Positions 9,349 through 19,956 of a stretch of 64,000 nt of DNA are shown here, piece by piece (the first letter of the stretch is position 1; the number at the start of each line of letters is the position of its first letter). Where the stretch lies: positions 62,001 through 126,000 of the IMG/VR virus record IMGVR_UViG_3300009158_000031, one strand, 5' to 3'. The notes beneath the pieces were generated by a model, which worked only from the letters and a program-made list of their open reading frames with translations, made no database searches and was not told where the DNA came from. The translations under genes were made by a program, and so were the position numbers.

Positions 9349-9376
9349 AAAGGGGTTCTATATGGACCCCTTTTTT
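9349..9376 (+). terminator. intrinsic terminator after gp32
   Basis: AAAGGGGTTC-TATAT-GGACCCC-TTTTTT. Confidence 0.85.
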
Positions 9377-9388
9377 CTTATAATAAAT

Positions 9389-10459
9389 ATGGAATTAAAA
9401 GAATCTTCGAGGAATCATATTACATCGTTGATAGATTCAATTCTCCATGAACAATTTTCAGGAGAAAAGGCACAACCAAAAATATATCGAGATCGTATAA
9501 ATTTTGCATGCCCTTATTGTGGCGATTCACATGGTGCTCACAAGAAACGTGGAAATATTTATTGGAAAAATTTAAAATTTCATTGCTACAATGGTGGATG
9601 TCCTAAACCACATACTACGGTAGTTGATTTTTTAAAAGATCATGGAAAATCTTTCAATAAGAAAGATGAACTTATTTATGTACTAGATTTTATTCAAGCA
9701 AATACGATTGTAGTACCAACTAAAGATTATCTTCAAGTAGGTATATTTGGCGAACTTCGAAAAGGTGCAATACCTTTAATTGAAGTAAAAACCAAGCTAA
9801 ATCTAATTGATCCAAATAAGAATTTAAGAATTGAAGCATATTTAAAAGCTCGATTCATGCATTACAAAATGGAATTCTTTGCATACGATCCTAAACGAGA
9901 TCAACTCTACATATTCAATCTAACACCAGATAAACAAAGTGTATTAGGTTGGCAAATTCGTAATTTCGGTAAAAGAACCGATGAAGCAAAATATGTAAGT
10001 TATAATATGGAAAAAATGCATCTCATCGTTCGAGAAAAACTTCTAGAAGGAAGTGGTGAAACGGTAATGCGTTTAAATACTTTATCACTTTTCTTCAATA
10101 TAATGTTAACCGACTTTACTCAAATGGTAACTGTATTTGAAGGTCCAATGGATGCATTTCTTTGTAAAAATGCAATAGCACTTTCAGGAATCGATAAACC
10201 ATTTGATATGTTTAATGAAATGCCTAATATGCGTTATCTATTTGATAATGATTATATTGGCAGAAAGAAAATGGAAGATATCTTAAAGAAAAAACGATCA
10301 GTATTTATGTGGAATAAAATCATAAGAGATTATAAGATACGTGAAAAGGTGAAAGATCTACAAGATCTATTCGCTTATTGTTGGAAAACTAAGAATGAAG
10401 CAATTAAAAATTATGGTGAATACTTTACATCAAATCCCCTCGATATCAGATCTGTATAG
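9389..10459 (+). CDS. 61: DNA primase (T4 gp61-like)
   Basis: Zn finger CPYCGDS..HCYNGGC; TOPRIM motifs VFEGPMDA and FDND. Confidence 0.85.
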   Translation: MELKESSRNHITSLIDSILHEQFSGEKAQPKIYRDRINFACPYCGDSHGAHKKRGNIYWKNLKFHCYNGGCPKPHTTVVDFLKDHGKSFNKKDELIYVLDFIQANTIVVPTKDYLQVGIFGELRKGAIPLIEVKTKLNLIDPNKNLRIEAYLKARFMHYKMEFFAYDPKRDQLYIFNLTPDKQSVLGWQIRNFGKRTDEAKYVSYNMEKMHLIVREKLLEGSGETVMRLNTLSLFFNIMLTDFTQMVTVFEGPMDAFLCKNAIALSGIDKPFDMFNEMPNMRYLFDNDYIGRKKMEDILKKKRSVFMWNKIIRDYKIREKVKDLQDLFAYCWKTKNEAIKNYGEYFTSNPLDIRSV

Positions 10460-10460
10460 A

Positions 10461-10673
10461 ATGGAAAACGAAGCTAAAAAACTCGAAGAATTTGAGGAAC
10501 AAAATCTCAAAGCGCCAATAGATTTTATCGCATCCGAGAAATTAGTAGCCGAAGATCTACATAAACAATTTGAGATTCCCAGCATAAAATATAAAGAAAG
10601 ACCCAAAAATAAGGGTAAGGCCATTGTGGTAAAACCTAATCGAAAACAAAAGGCTACTAATAATTTATTTTAA
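10461..10673 (+). CDS. hypothetical protein
   Basis: ATG at 10461 right after the primase stop; coupled to uvsY. Confidence 0.55.
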   Translation: MENEAKKLEEFEEQNLKAPIDFIASEKLVAEDLHKQFEIPSIKYKERPKNKGKAIVVKPNRKQKATNNLF

Positions 10674-11119
10674 TGACACCAGAAGAACAAAAAGTCGAAA
10701 CCTTAGATACCGCATTAACATCTGAAAGAGATGATTTTTCAGTAAAGATTCTTGAGCTAATCAAGAGTATTAACGATGTATCTAAAATTGCAGAGGCTCA
10801 AGTTCTTATGTTATCTTATCGTCACATGATGGTTGATAAGATAACTAAATATCGAGTAGCACTTTACAAAAAGAAAACATCGGATTCAAATTATCGAAAA
10901 CTTCGATATGAATATTATAAAACTCAACATGATGTTAGATTAGATCATCGAGAAATTAACCAATACATTGATTCGGATATGGCACTTAGAATCCGTCAAA
11001 CTGAATTACTAGAATCTCAAGTAAACTTCTTTCAACAATGTGTTGAAACTCTCGATAAAATGGGATTCTCAATAAAGAATCGAATACAAATCGAGGAAAT
11101 TAATCAACGAGCATACTAA
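10673..11119 (+). CDS. uvsY: recombination mediator UvsY-like
   Basis: Helical protein (YEYYK..INQYIDSD..GFSIKNRIQ) directly upstream of uvsW. Confidence 0.6.
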   Translation: MTPEEQKVETLDTALTSERDDFSVKILELIKSINDVSKIAEAQVLMLSYRHMMVDKITKYRVALYKKKTSDSNYRKLRYEYYKTQHDVRLDHREINQYIDSDMALRIRQTELLESQVNFFQQCVETLDKMGFSIKNRIQIEEINQRAY

Positions 11120-12642
11120 TGGAATGGAACTTAACACATAACGATAAAATACTTACTTTAGTTTCTGCAACGGAAATGGAGATAGAACAACTCAATTTGA
11201 CATTTGAACGTGAAGTAGCAAATGCCAAATGGGATCCAAGAGTAAAGAAAGGTTGGTGGAATGGGAAAATTTCTTATTTCAAATCAAACCGATATCTTCC
11301 TGCTGGATTATGGGATGAACTAGTAGGATTAGGAAGACAATATAATTTTGAACTTAAAATCAATGGTATTGAACGTAAATTCGATCGAGATATTACGATG
11401 GAAGATTTACAAGCTTGGGTTGATGATCGTTGGAAAGATGCTAAGATGAAACCTCGAGATTATCAAGTTGAAGCCGTATTCAATATTGTTAAATATCAAA
11501 ATTGTTTAGCTGAACTTGCTACATCTGCTGGTAAGACCTTAATTACTTACATGGCAATCGCCTATTTGCTAGAAACTCAAAGATCTCACAAGATTTTAAT
11601 GATCGTTCCTACCGTTGACCTTGTTGTACAAGGAACAGAAGATTTTTATGAATATAACGAAGAGTCTTGTAGATTAAAGCTAGACATTCAACAAATATTT
11701 GCTGGATCTATTATTCGAGAAAAATCTAACGTAGTTATCGGTACATATCAATCTCTGGTTAAAAAAGAAAAATCATATTTCGACGAATTCGATGCTGTTA
11801 TTGTAGATGAAACTCATAAAGCTAAATCTGCATCAATTAAAACTATTCTTGAAAAATGTGAAAACGCAACAAGGAAATTTGGTTTATCTGGAACTATTCC
11901 AAAACCAGGAACTCTTGATAGATTAACTCTTATGGCATATACCGGACCGGTTATATCTAATGTTCGTGCTGATTTTTTAATTGAACAAGGACATATCACT
12001 CCATGTGAAGTATATGTAGTTGAAATGGATTATGCCACTAAAGAAGTTAAAGAAGGATTCAAAACTTTATTTCAAAGATCAGAAGATGATCGTAAGAAGC
12101 TACTTCATATGGAACAAAATTATGCAATCCAATCCGAAGAACGATTAGATTTTATTACCGATCTAATTCTAAAGAACAAGAAAAATGCATTAGTTCTTTT
12201 TTATCGAATCGAATATGGCCAAAAAATATTCAATAAGCTAAGAGATAAAACCGATCGAAGAGTACTTTACATAGATGGTGGAATTGACAAAGATGTCAGA
12301 GAAACTCATCGTGAAGCCCTCGAAGAAGGTGAAGAGAAAATAATGATTGCATCATATGGAACTTTCTCAACCGGTATCAACGTAAAGAATATTCATACGG
12401 TATATCTAACTGAATCATTCAAATCAGAAGTAATTATTCGTCAATCTATTGGTAGAGGATTAAGATTACATGAAGATAAGAAAAAACTTCTCATAGTTGA
12501 CTTCGTGGATGATTTTAGATCAGGAAAATTTCAAAACTACTTATATAAGCACTCTATAGCTCGTCAAGCTATCTACGACGATCAAAACTTTCCATACACC
12601 ATAAAAACCGTAGATCTTCAGAGAATATATAATAAAAAATAG
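11119..12642 (+). CDS. uvsW: SF2 helicase UvsW
   Basis: PRDYQ, LATSAGKT, DETH, GLSGT, YGTFSTGIN, RQSIGRGLR. Confidence 0.95.
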   Translation: MEWNLTHNDKILTLVSATEMEIEQLNLTFEREVANAKWDPRVKKGWWNGKISYFKSNRYLPAGLWDELVGLGRQYNFELKINGIERKFDRDITMEDLQAWVDDRWKDAKMKPRDYQVEAVFNIVKYQNCLAELATSAGKTLITYMAIAYLLETQRSHKILMIVPTVDLVVQGTEDFYEYNEESCRLKLDIQQIFAGSIIREKSNVVIGTYQSLVKKEKSYFDEFDAVIVDETHKAKSASIKTILEKCENATRKFGLSGTIPKPGTLDRLTLMAYTGPVISNVRADFLIEQGHITPCEVYVVEMDYATKEVKEGFKTLFQRSEDDRKKLLHMEQNYAIQSEERLDFITDLILKNKKNALVLFYRIEYGQKIFNKLRDKTDRRVLYIDGGIDKDVRETHREALEEGEEKIMIASYGTFSTGINVKNIHTVYLTESFKSEVIIRQSIGRGLRLHEDKKKLLIVDFVDDFRSGKFQNYLYKHSIARQAIYDDQNFPYTIKTVDLQRIYNKK

Positions 12643-12652
12643 TAGACTCAGA

Positions 12653-12859
12653 ATGGCGATACTAAAGTTCAAACAATTTCGTAATGTACGAAATGAGACT
12701 AAAGCGACTAAATTAAAAGAGAAAGCCTCAACTGCTTTCAAAGAAGCATATTATTCTAAATTAGAAGCTTTAGGTGCTAAAGATGCATCTGAATTAAATG
12801 ATGCTCAGCTTACTCAATTCTTAGATGAATTAAAAACCTACCGAAACCAACAATCATAA
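12653..12859 (+). CDS. small hypothetical protein (UvsW.1 position)
   Basis: ORF follows uvsW; MAILKFKQF start. Confidence 0.55.
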   Translation: MAILKFKQFRNVRNETKATKLKEKASTAFKEAYYSKLEALGAKDASELNDAQLTQFLDELKTYRNQQS

Positions 12860-14085
12860 TGGCAGAACTACAATCATTAAAGTCGATATTTCAAAGAGAA
12901 GGCTTGGAATTCATCCAAAAACTTTTCAACAATTTTGTGGTTGTTTCTGAGAAAGTTGGTGGGACTAGATTTGCATTTGAAAAAACCGAAAATGGTTTAT
13001 CTTTCTTTAAGAAGGAAGGTAAAATCACTAAGGTCGATAGATCTTTATCTAAATTATACGAACAACCTATTAGGTATATTGAAACTTTATCCAAAGATAT
13101 TATAAAAGAACTTCCTGAAGGTTATCGTTATGGATTCCGATACTTCTTAAATACCAAACCGGAAGCTATTCAATATGATAATATGCCTCTCAATGGTTTA
13201 ATTCTAACCGATCTTCAAAGAACATCTGATGGAAAAATGATTGAAGATCCTAAAATTCTTCAAAAAATATCAGATCTTTTAACCGTTCAATCACCTCCAA
13301 TTATTTGGTATGGTAAATTAGACGACGCTCAAAAAGAAGACCTTTTGACATTTATAAAGACGGCAGAATCCGAGCTAACTTTACTTTATAAAACCTCTTC
13401 ATTTACAAAATATGTGGTTTCTATACTGAATCCAAAGTTAAAGAAAACTGCACTTAATAATGATTTGAACAAACCGATTGATTCAATCATATTCAAATTC
13501 ATATCTGATGAAAATCAAGAAACCGTCTCTGCTAAAGTAGTAGATCCCATTATTGCAAATGTAAACCGCGATAAAAAAGTTGATAGAGAACCAACGGATA
13601 TGTATGGAATTATCCTATCTGATATCGTTGAATTTCTTAAAATTACCGGTCTTGGCCAATATAGTTTAAAAGAAACTGAAGAAGAGGAAAGATTCCTTGA
13701 GTTAATGTGCTTGGTATATAATAAATATATTAAGAAAAATGAATACAAATATGAAGGCGTAGAAATGGATCCTCTTTCATTTAATTCGGTTCCTCAATTT
13801 GATCTTAATATCGGATTCATTACTAACGAAGAAACTCGCGAATTCCTAGAGAAATCTAAAATGAATAAAATCATATTCCGAATTCTTGTATCTTCTATAA
13901 TTAAACCCAAGAAGAAACCTACCGGAACTCTTACCGATCTTCTCTTAAAAGAACTTAAATTGATTGCCGATAAGATTTCCATCAAAGTTCAAGGCAAATC
14001 AGACACAAACAAAAATGAAGGTCTTGCAACATTTGAAGACTTCCTAAAAAGAAAACAGGAAGGTAAATATATAATAAAAGACTAA
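12859..14085 (+). CDS. hypothetical protein, possible degenerate ligase/nucleotidyltransferase fold
   Basis: N-terminal VSEKVGGTRF resembles motif I (EKxDG) without the Asp. Confidence 0.35.
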   Translation: MAELQSLKSIFQREGLEFIQKLFNNFVVVSEKVGGTRFAFEKTENGLSFFKKEGKITKVDRSLSKLYEQPIRYIETLSKDIIKELPEGYRYGFRYFLNTKPEAIQYDNMPLNGLILTDLQRTSDGKMIEDPKILQKISDLLTVQSPPIIWYGKLDDAQKEDLLTFIKTAESELTLLYKTSSFTKYVVSILNPKLKKTALNNDLNKPIDSIIFKFISDENQETVSAKVVDPIIANVNRDKKVDREPTDMYGIILSDIVEFLKITGLGQYSLKETEEEERFLELMCLVYNKYIKKNEYKYEGVEMDPLSFNSVPQFDLNIGFITNEETREFLEKSKMNKIIFRILVSSIIKPKKKPTGTLTDLLLKELKLIADKISIKVQGKSDTNKNEGLATFEDFLKRKQEGKYIIKD

Positions 14086-14093
14086 AACACCAA

Positions 14094-14354
14094 ATGAAAG
14101 CTATTCCAAAATTTAATGAGTTTAAAACTGTAGGTATGAATGAAGCCCATGATAATGTTGAGCATTACATGTTCTTTAAGAATATCGAAACTATTAAAAT
14201 GATGATCGATGATCTTATGCAAATGAATCCTACTGAAGTAGATATGCTTTTGAATAATGGACACGATTGGGCAGCTGATCATATTGCATCTTCAAAAGAT
14301 GATATTCAAGAAGTTACTGACTTCCTTAAAGGAGAAATAAAACAACAATCATAA
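14094..14354 (+). CDS. hypothetical protein, putative internal head protein
   Basis: MKAIPKFNEF start; HDWAADHI motif. Confidence 0.6.
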   Translation: MKAIPKFNEFKTVGMNEAHDNVEHYMFFKNIETIKMMIDDLMQMNPTEVDMLLNNGHDWAADHIASSKDDIQEVTDFLKGEIKQQS

Positions 14355-14369
14355 AAAAAACATCTAAGT

Positions 14370-14726
14370 ATGTCACAAGATCTAAACGAAGGAACTCATC
14401 AAATTAAACGCAAATATGCGGAACATGGAGCAATCAATGTATATGAAAGAGGTCCAATCAGAAACAAAATTATTGAATTCGTAAAAAACAAACATGTTAC
14501 GGAATCTGAACTTAAAGATTATGTTAAGAAATTAGCAGAAGATCGTGGAGCTGATTTTGACTCTAACAAATGGTTCAAAAGAAATGAAAGATATTTTGAA
14601 TCATATCAAAACCGAGGTCAACAAGTTTATACTCTTTCTAAATTTGGTCAACGAGTTTATGAGTATATTGTTAAAGCTCAAGCACAAAAACAAATCAACG
14701 AATCTGTTGGTTTATTCAAATTCTAA
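14370..14726 (+). CDS. hypothetical protein (possible winged helix)
   Basis: YTLSKFGQRVYEYI wing-like ending; LNEG and INES sites. Confidence 0.5.
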   Translation: MSQDLNEGTHQIKRKYAEHGAINVYERGPIRNKIIEFVKNKHVTESELKDYVKKLAEDRGADFDSNKWFKRNERYFESYQNRGQQVYTLSKFGQRVYEYIVKAQAQKQINESVGLFKF

Positions 14727-14744
14727 ATAAAAATTAACATAAAT

Positions 14745-15770
14745 ATGAAATTACTTAACTTTAATGAGTTCATTACTCATCTAAATGAATCACAAGAACT
14801 TCTATTAGAAGCTTTCAATTCGAGCATTCTACAAAGCATCGTGACTAAACAACGTCAAGGAGGAATTGATAAGAAATTCTTTGATATGCTTTCTAAAAAC
14901 TATGGTATTGCTCCTTCTGAAGTAACTAACCTAGATATTAATATCGTTCAACCTGCAGATGCTGCTAAATATGCGGCTGCAAATCCAAATCAAATCTTAA
15001 TTTATTATTCAACAACTGAAAAGGAAAATCCTTATGTTTCCAAAGATGGTAAATATTACTACGGAACAATTAAAGCAGATGTTCCTTTAGCTATCGTTAA
15101 AGGTAAATTATTCATGGGGTTATCTTATGATCGTTGGGCTTCCAAAGGTGGAAAAGCCGTATATAAATTAGTTCCTGGAACCGATGCTGGTTCTTCATTA
15201 GGACTTGATAACAAACAAGGTAGTGGATATGGTTCTAGTGGAATCAATACCCTTAAGAAAATGGCAGATATTTCTGATATCGTTTATGCCATCAATCCGG
15301 ATACAGTTCCTTCATCTAAACAAACTAGAGATGATCGAAAAGAATCTAAATCTGGTGCTGCTGCTTTTATCGATGATAAACAATTTAAAGCGGACAATCA
15401 AGCTAGATATGAAGCTATTTTAAAAGATCGTGCTTCTAATGAAGATATTGATGCAATAGTTTCTGCCGCAATCGAAGAGCTTACTGCACAAATTAAAGCG
15501 GCCGTAGCTAAAAAGACCATGACCAAATATGGAGATATTCTTGTTGGAACTTCACCTAAAGGAAGAGAAGTTAAAATGAGTGATGCTGGTAATCATATGA
15601 GTAACATTCTTAGAGATTATGGTTATTATGCTCAAGGTAAAAATGATCAAGCTAAATCTGAAGAACGTTGGGGTGAAATGGACAAATACCAACGTGATAG
15701 ATCTGCTCAATATGCTAAATCTATTAAAGACGCTTATAACAAGATTAGTACTTTTAATTACGCTTGGTAA
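14745..15770 (+). CDS. hypothetical protein, putative internal head protein
   Basis: MKLLNFNEFITHLNE start; 341 aa ORF. Confidence 0.65.
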   Translation: MKLLNFNEFITHLNESQELLLEAFNSSILQSIVTKQRQGGIDKKFFDMLSKNYGIAPSEVTNLDINIVQPADAAKYAAANPNQILIYYSTTEKENPYVSKDGKYYYGTIKADVPLAIVKGKLFMGLSYDRWASKGGKAVYKLVPGTDAGSSLGLDNKQGSGYGSSGINTLKKMADISDIVYAINPDTVPSSKQTRDDRKESKSGAAAFIDDKQFKADNQARYEAILKDRASNEDIDAIVSAAIEELTAQIKAAVAKKTMTKYGDILVGTSPKGREVKMSDAGNHMSNILRDYGYYAQGKNDQAKSEERWGEMDKYQRDRSAQYAKSIKDAYNKISTFNYAW

Positions 15771-15771
15771 T

Positions 15772-16278
15772 ATGCCATCAACTTCAATTGCACAACAAAG
15801 ACTTATGGGTCAGGCTTACGCTCTCAAAACTGGAGAGCTTAAGTCTTCTGACTTAGATCCTAAATATCGAAAACAAATAGAAGATCTAGCCGCATCAATG
15901 ACAGAAAAAGACCTAAAAGACTTTGCTGAAACATCACATAAAGGCCTACCACAAAAAATAAAAGAAAACTATAAAATGAATAAACACATACCTACGTTCG
16001 AATCTTTCATTAATGAAAACATTGATGTTAAATATTGGGCAGGATATAATGATGATGCTGGAGTTCAAGGACAAAGCAAACATTATTCAGATAAATCAAC
16101 AGATTTTGAGGATACCTTTGAAGATGCTGTTACTGAATGGAACCAAGAAGCTGATGGTGAAAATATGATAAAAGGTGCTCAAATTCAAAAGATCAAGAAA
16201 TTAGCACAAGAATTCTTCAAGAAAGCCGGTTGGATATCTGTTAATGTTGTCCAAGCAATGATTACTCAAGAATCTTAA
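15772..16278 (+). CDS. DUF3008-like domain fused to a second small domain
   Basis: MPSTSIAQQRLMG..SMTEKDLKDFAETSHKGLP; internal MNKHIPTFESFINE. Confidence 0.6.
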   Translation: MPSTSIAQQRLMGQAYALKTGELKSSDLDPKYRKQIEDLAASMTEKDLKDFAETSHKGLPQKIKENYKMNKHIPTFESFINENIDVKYWAGYNDDAGVQGQSKHYSDKSTDFEDTFEDAVTEWNQEADGENMIKGAQIQKIKKLAQEFFKKAGWISVNVVQAMITQES

Positions 16279-16280
16279 TA

Positions 16281-16517
16281 ATGAAACCTATAAAAGAAAA
16301 TACTTCTGCTGCAACACCTGCTTCTGTAAATGGAATGGGTGCTCCGGCATTGCCAGGTAATCCTGGAACTCAAGCTGGATTCGTCTCACAAAAGACAGGA
16401 TCCGGTGATATACCTTATTCGTTGGTTAAAGGCCAACCGAAGAAAAAGAAGAAATCCTCCTTCAAGAAATTTAAAGACTTCATTAAAGGAAGCGAGGAAG
16501 TTAGAACTGCCTTTTAA
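16281..16517 (+). CDS. small hypothetical protein
   Basis: TPASVNGMGAPALPG..GSGD motif and basic tail. Confidence 0.55.
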   Translation: MKPIKENTSAATPASVNGMGAPALPGNPGTQAGFVSQKTGSGDIPYSLVKGQPKKKKKSSFKKFKDFIKGSEEVRTAF

Positions 16518-16552
16518 GTTAGCGGTCCTTAATAAAACAGAGAAAATGGACA

Positions 16553-16774
16553 GTGATAATTGTAAAACGAACATTCAACAAATTGTCTTGGAGGACGATT
16601 TGCCTGATCCTAGCAACATTCTTCAACCCTCTTGGATTCGACGCCTTATTCGCTTTGGTGACGAAACTGACTGGATCTTATCTAATAACCGATATTATCT
16701 TCTATTCCATTTCGGCATTCTTTTTTGGTTTATATTTTTTAACCGATCCAAATAAAAAGTTTTCTACAAAGTAA
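16553..16774 (+). CDS. small two-helix membrane protein
   Basis: Two hydrophobic segments; GTG start. Confidence 0.5.
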   Translation: MIIVKRTFNKLSWRTICLILATFFNPLGFDALFALVTKLTGSYLITDIIFYSISAFFFGLYFLTDPNKKFSTK

Positions 16775-16811
16775 AATCCCAACATATAATTTCATATAAT
16801 TATAAAATCAT

Positions 16812-17303
16812 ATGAAATTTCTAAAAGTACGTAATGTGAAGTCACCTATCCGAGGAACTTCAAGATCTGCCGGTATCGATTTTTTTGTTCCTGATGAATG
16901 GAATGAAGGTCAACCATACTCAATACCTCCAGGAGGCAGAGTTCTAATTCCCAGTGGAATCAAAGTAAATGTAATTGATGGTCATGCTCTTATTGCTTTT
17001 AATAAGAGTGGAATTGCCACGAAGAAAGGTATTGTCGTAGGTGCTGAAGTAGTTGATGAAGATTACCAAGGAGAAATTCATTTACATATTATAAACACAA
17101 ATCAACTAACCGAAACTTTCGGTGATAGTGCTTATGCAATAGATACTGGTTATGTAGACATTATTCCAGGTGAAAAATTAATGCAATTTATTTTGCTACC
17201 TATTAATTATTCAATGCCAGAAGAAGTCGAAACCATCGATGATCTATATGATGGTGTTACTGAAAGAGGTGAAGGTGGATTTGGATCAACTGGATTAAAA
17301 TAA
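16812..17303 (+). CDS. dut: trimeric dUTPase
   Basis: SAGIDF, NKSG, VVDEDYQGEI, RGEGGFGSTG. Confidence 0.95.
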   Translation: MKFLKVRNVKSPIRGTSRSAGIDFFVPDEWNEGQPYSIPPGGRVLIPSGIKVNVIDGHALIAFNKSGIATKKGIVVGAEVVDEDYQGEIHLHIINTNQLTETFGDSAYAIDTGYVDIIPGEKLMQFILLPINYSMPEEVETIDDLYDGVTERGEGGFGSTGLK

Positions 17304-17316
17304 AAAAAAACAAATT

Positions 17317-17544
17317 ATGCAAAATCAAAATTTAAAAGGACCGAGTGTCGATTTATCGATGACAACCGCTGTAAAATGTGAAGCTGAAGATTGTGAGAAT
17401 GAACGTTTCCGAGAAGTATATTTGATTCGTAAAATATCATCTATAATTACCGGAAGTGCTAAAGATTCTTACATGCCAATACCAACTTTCGAGTGCACTA
17501 AATGCGGTCATATAAATAAAGAATTCACCGTAAAAACAACGTAA
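17317..17544 (+). CDS. small Zn-binding hypothetical protein
   Basis: CEAEDC and CTKCGH. Confidence 0.6.
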   Translation: MQNQNLKGPSVDLSMTTAVKCEAEDCENERFREVYLIRKISSIITGSAKDSYMPIPTFECTKCGHINKEFTVKTT

Positions 17545-18945
17545 ATGATATTAGATATTGAAAACAATTTCAATGAATTAACCATTTCTTATTTCAATAA
17601 GGAAGGAAATATTCGTTTAAAGAAATATAAACTAACTGAAGAACAATGTTCCAATTGGCGATTATGTTCTGAATCCGATACCAAGAAATCTACACAATTC
17701 AGGAATTGGGATGGAAAACCAGTAAAGAAAGTTAAAGATAAAAAACTTCAAAAATTCTCCATCTATGAATTTATCAACAATTTAGAAGATGAAGATAAAG
17801 ATGAAATTATCGGCTTCCATCTTCCTAAAATACAATCCGTCGATATTGAAACTGAAGTAATTGATTCTTTTCCAGATCCAAATATTGCTCGAGAAAGAAT
17901 CACCACAATTGCAATTTCAACAGAAACTAATAAAACTATTGTTCTTGGTTGGAAAAAGATCACAAAAGAACAAGAGAAAGAAATATTCGATAAACATCGA
18001 GAATATCTGAAAAACTTCGGTGATTGGGATTTCAAATATATTTGTTTCGAGGATGAATTCAATATGATGTATACTTTTGTTAATCAATTTATTCCAAATT
18101 TCTCCGTAATGATTGGATGGAATTTTATGAACTTTGACTGGAAATACATCTATAATCGTTGTAAAAAGCTCGGGATAGATATTACCTCGGCTTCTCCTAG
18201 TAAGAAAGTACAAGGTAATGACAATATCTTAATGCACGTTGGTATTATCGATTATCTTGATATTTATAGAAGATGGGATAGAACAGTAGCTATCAAAGAA
18301 AGCAATTCATTAGATTTTGTTGCTAGTGCTGTTTTAGGAACAACCAAATTAAAGTACAATGGAACTCTACAAGAGTTATACGAAAATGATTATGACAAAT
18401 ACATTTTATATAATGCCGTCGATGCTGCATTGGTGTCTTTAATACATCGTAAATTAAAAACTCTTAATATGGTATTCTCTATCGGATGTATTTGTCGCGT
18501 TCCCATCTATCGAGCTTCCTCGGCTGTGAATGTTACTGAAGCTCTTCTTTGGAAAGGATTCTATAATCGAAATCAAGTAATTGCCGATGATAGAACCGAA
18601 AAAATCAAAGGATCTTATGAAGGTGCTTATGTTAAAGAACCTGAACCAGGAATGTTCAGAGCGGCAACATGTTTTGATTATGCATCTCTATATCCATCAA
18701 TTATGCGTCAATACAATGTGTCACCTGAATCATTCTTACGAAAAGAATTAAACCAAGAAAATCTAGAAAAATATCGTCAAGATCCCAATTTCGTTGTATC
18801 GGTTACCGGTGCAATATATGATAACTCTAAGGTTTCTGTGTTAAAAGAAATTCTAACCGACCTTTATACTGAACGTAAAACGAATAAAAATCGTGGACTC
18901 GATATCGAAAGATCTCTAATTAAAATAAAAAAGAAAAATGCCTAA
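17545..18945 (+). CDS. 43A: family B DNA polymerase, N-terminal subunit (3'-5' exonuclease and motif A), gp43A-like
   Basis: VDIET, GWNFMNFD, YNAVDA, FDYASLYPS; ends in the first fingers helix. Confidence 0.9.
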   Translation: MILDIENNFNELTISYFNKEGNIRLKKYKLTEEQCSNWRLCSESDTKKSTQFRNWDGKPVKKVKDKKLQKFSIYEFINNLEDEDKDEIIGFHLPKIQSVDIETEVIDSFPDPNIARERITTIAISTETNKTIVLGWKKITKEQEKEIFDKHREYLKNFGDWDFKYICFEDEFNMMYTFVNQFIPNFSVMIGWNFMNFDWKYIYNRCKKLGIDITSASPSKKVQGNDNILMHVGIIDYLDIYRRWDRTVAIKESNSLDFVASAVLGTTKLKYNGTLQELYENDYDKYILYNAVDAALVSLIHRKLKTLNMVFSIGCICRVPIYRASSAVNVTEALLWKGFYNRNQVIADDRTEKIKGSYEGAYVKEPEPGMFRAATCFDYASLYPSIMRQYNVSPESFLRKELNQENLEKYRQDPNFVVSVTGAIYDNSKVSVLKEILTDLYTERKTNKNRGLDIERSLIKIKKKNA

Positions 18946-19942
18946 ACTATTCGAAGAACGATTGGAGTACAAGCCCTTTGAGTACCCTGTGTACTATAAT
19001 GAAGGATGGTTAAAACAAATGCAAGCATTTTGGCTGCATACAGAAATACAAATGCAAGGTGATGTAAAAGATTGGAAAGAACACCTTCTTCCTCATGAAA
19101 AAAATCTAGTTGGAAATATTCTTCTTGGTTTCGCACAAACTGAATGTGCTGTTTCTGATTATTGGACTGGAATGGTTACTAAATGGTTTCCTAAACATGA
19201 AATCAAACAAATGGCAATAGCCTTTGGTTCTCAAGAAACAATACATGCAACTGCATATTCTTATCTGAATGAAACTTTAGGTCTTGAAGATTTTGCTGCT
19301 TTTATGCATGAACCTACTATTGCTGCTAAATTCGAATATCTACTTTCAACGGAATCTGATTATACTCATGAAGATCTAATAAAATCTCCTAAGGCTAGAA
19401 AAGATGCTGCTAAATCGCTTGCTATCTTTTCTGCATTTGCTGAAGGTGTTTCTTTATATTCATCGTTTGCCGTTTTATATTCTTTTCAAATGCGAAACAT
19501 GCTTAAAGGAATTGGTCAACAAATGAAATGGTCAGTAAGAGATGAATCACTACATTCTAAAATGGGTTGCCAACTATTCCGTCATATGTGTGAAGAGTAT
19601 CCTGAATTAAAGGAAGATGTTCGTTATGAAGTTGAATATGCTGCGAAACTTATGGTAGATATGGAACATAAATTTATTAATAAAATATTCGAAGAAGGAG
19701 ATTTACTAAATCTCAAAGCTGAAGATGTTAAAAACTTTATTTCTCGTAGAGCAAATGAAAAGCTAATGGAATTAGGTTACGATCCTATTTTAGAATATGA
19801 TATTGAATCAGCTAATCAATTAGAATGGTTCGATCACTTAACTGGTGGAACTACACATACCGACTTTTTTGCTATTCGTTCAACTGATTATGCAAAAGCC
19901 GGTGAAGGTGAAGATTGGTCCGATGATGAACTATGGAATTAA
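18938..19942 (+). CDS. nrdB: class I ribonucleotide reductase beta subunit
   Basis: ETIHATAY, FAEGVSLYSSF, RDESLH, DFFA. Confidence 0.95.
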   Translation: MPKLFEERLEYKPFEYPVYYNEGWLKQMQAFWLHTEIQMQGDVKDWKEHLLPHEKNLVGNILLGFAQTECAVSDYWTGMVTKWFPKHEIKQMAIAFGSQETIHATAYSYLNETLGLEDFAAFMHEPTIAAKFEYLLSTESDYTHEDLIKSPKARKDAAKSLAIFSAFAEGVSLYSSFAVLYSFQMRNMLKGIGQQMKWSVRDESLHSKMGCQLFRHMCEEYPELKEDVRYEVEYAAKLMVDMEHKFINKIFEEGDLLNLKAEDVKNFISRRANEKLMELGYDPILEYDIESANQLEWFDHLTGGTTHTDFFAIRSTDYAKAGEGEDWSDDELWN

Positions 19943-19956
19943 AAATTAAGTAATAT

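Noticed and set aside
14352-14372. In-frame readthrough from 14094 into 14370 (TAA AAA AAA CAT CTA AGT ATG)
   Set aside because: TAA is rarely read through, and the downstream ORF has its own ATG in a normal A-rich context.
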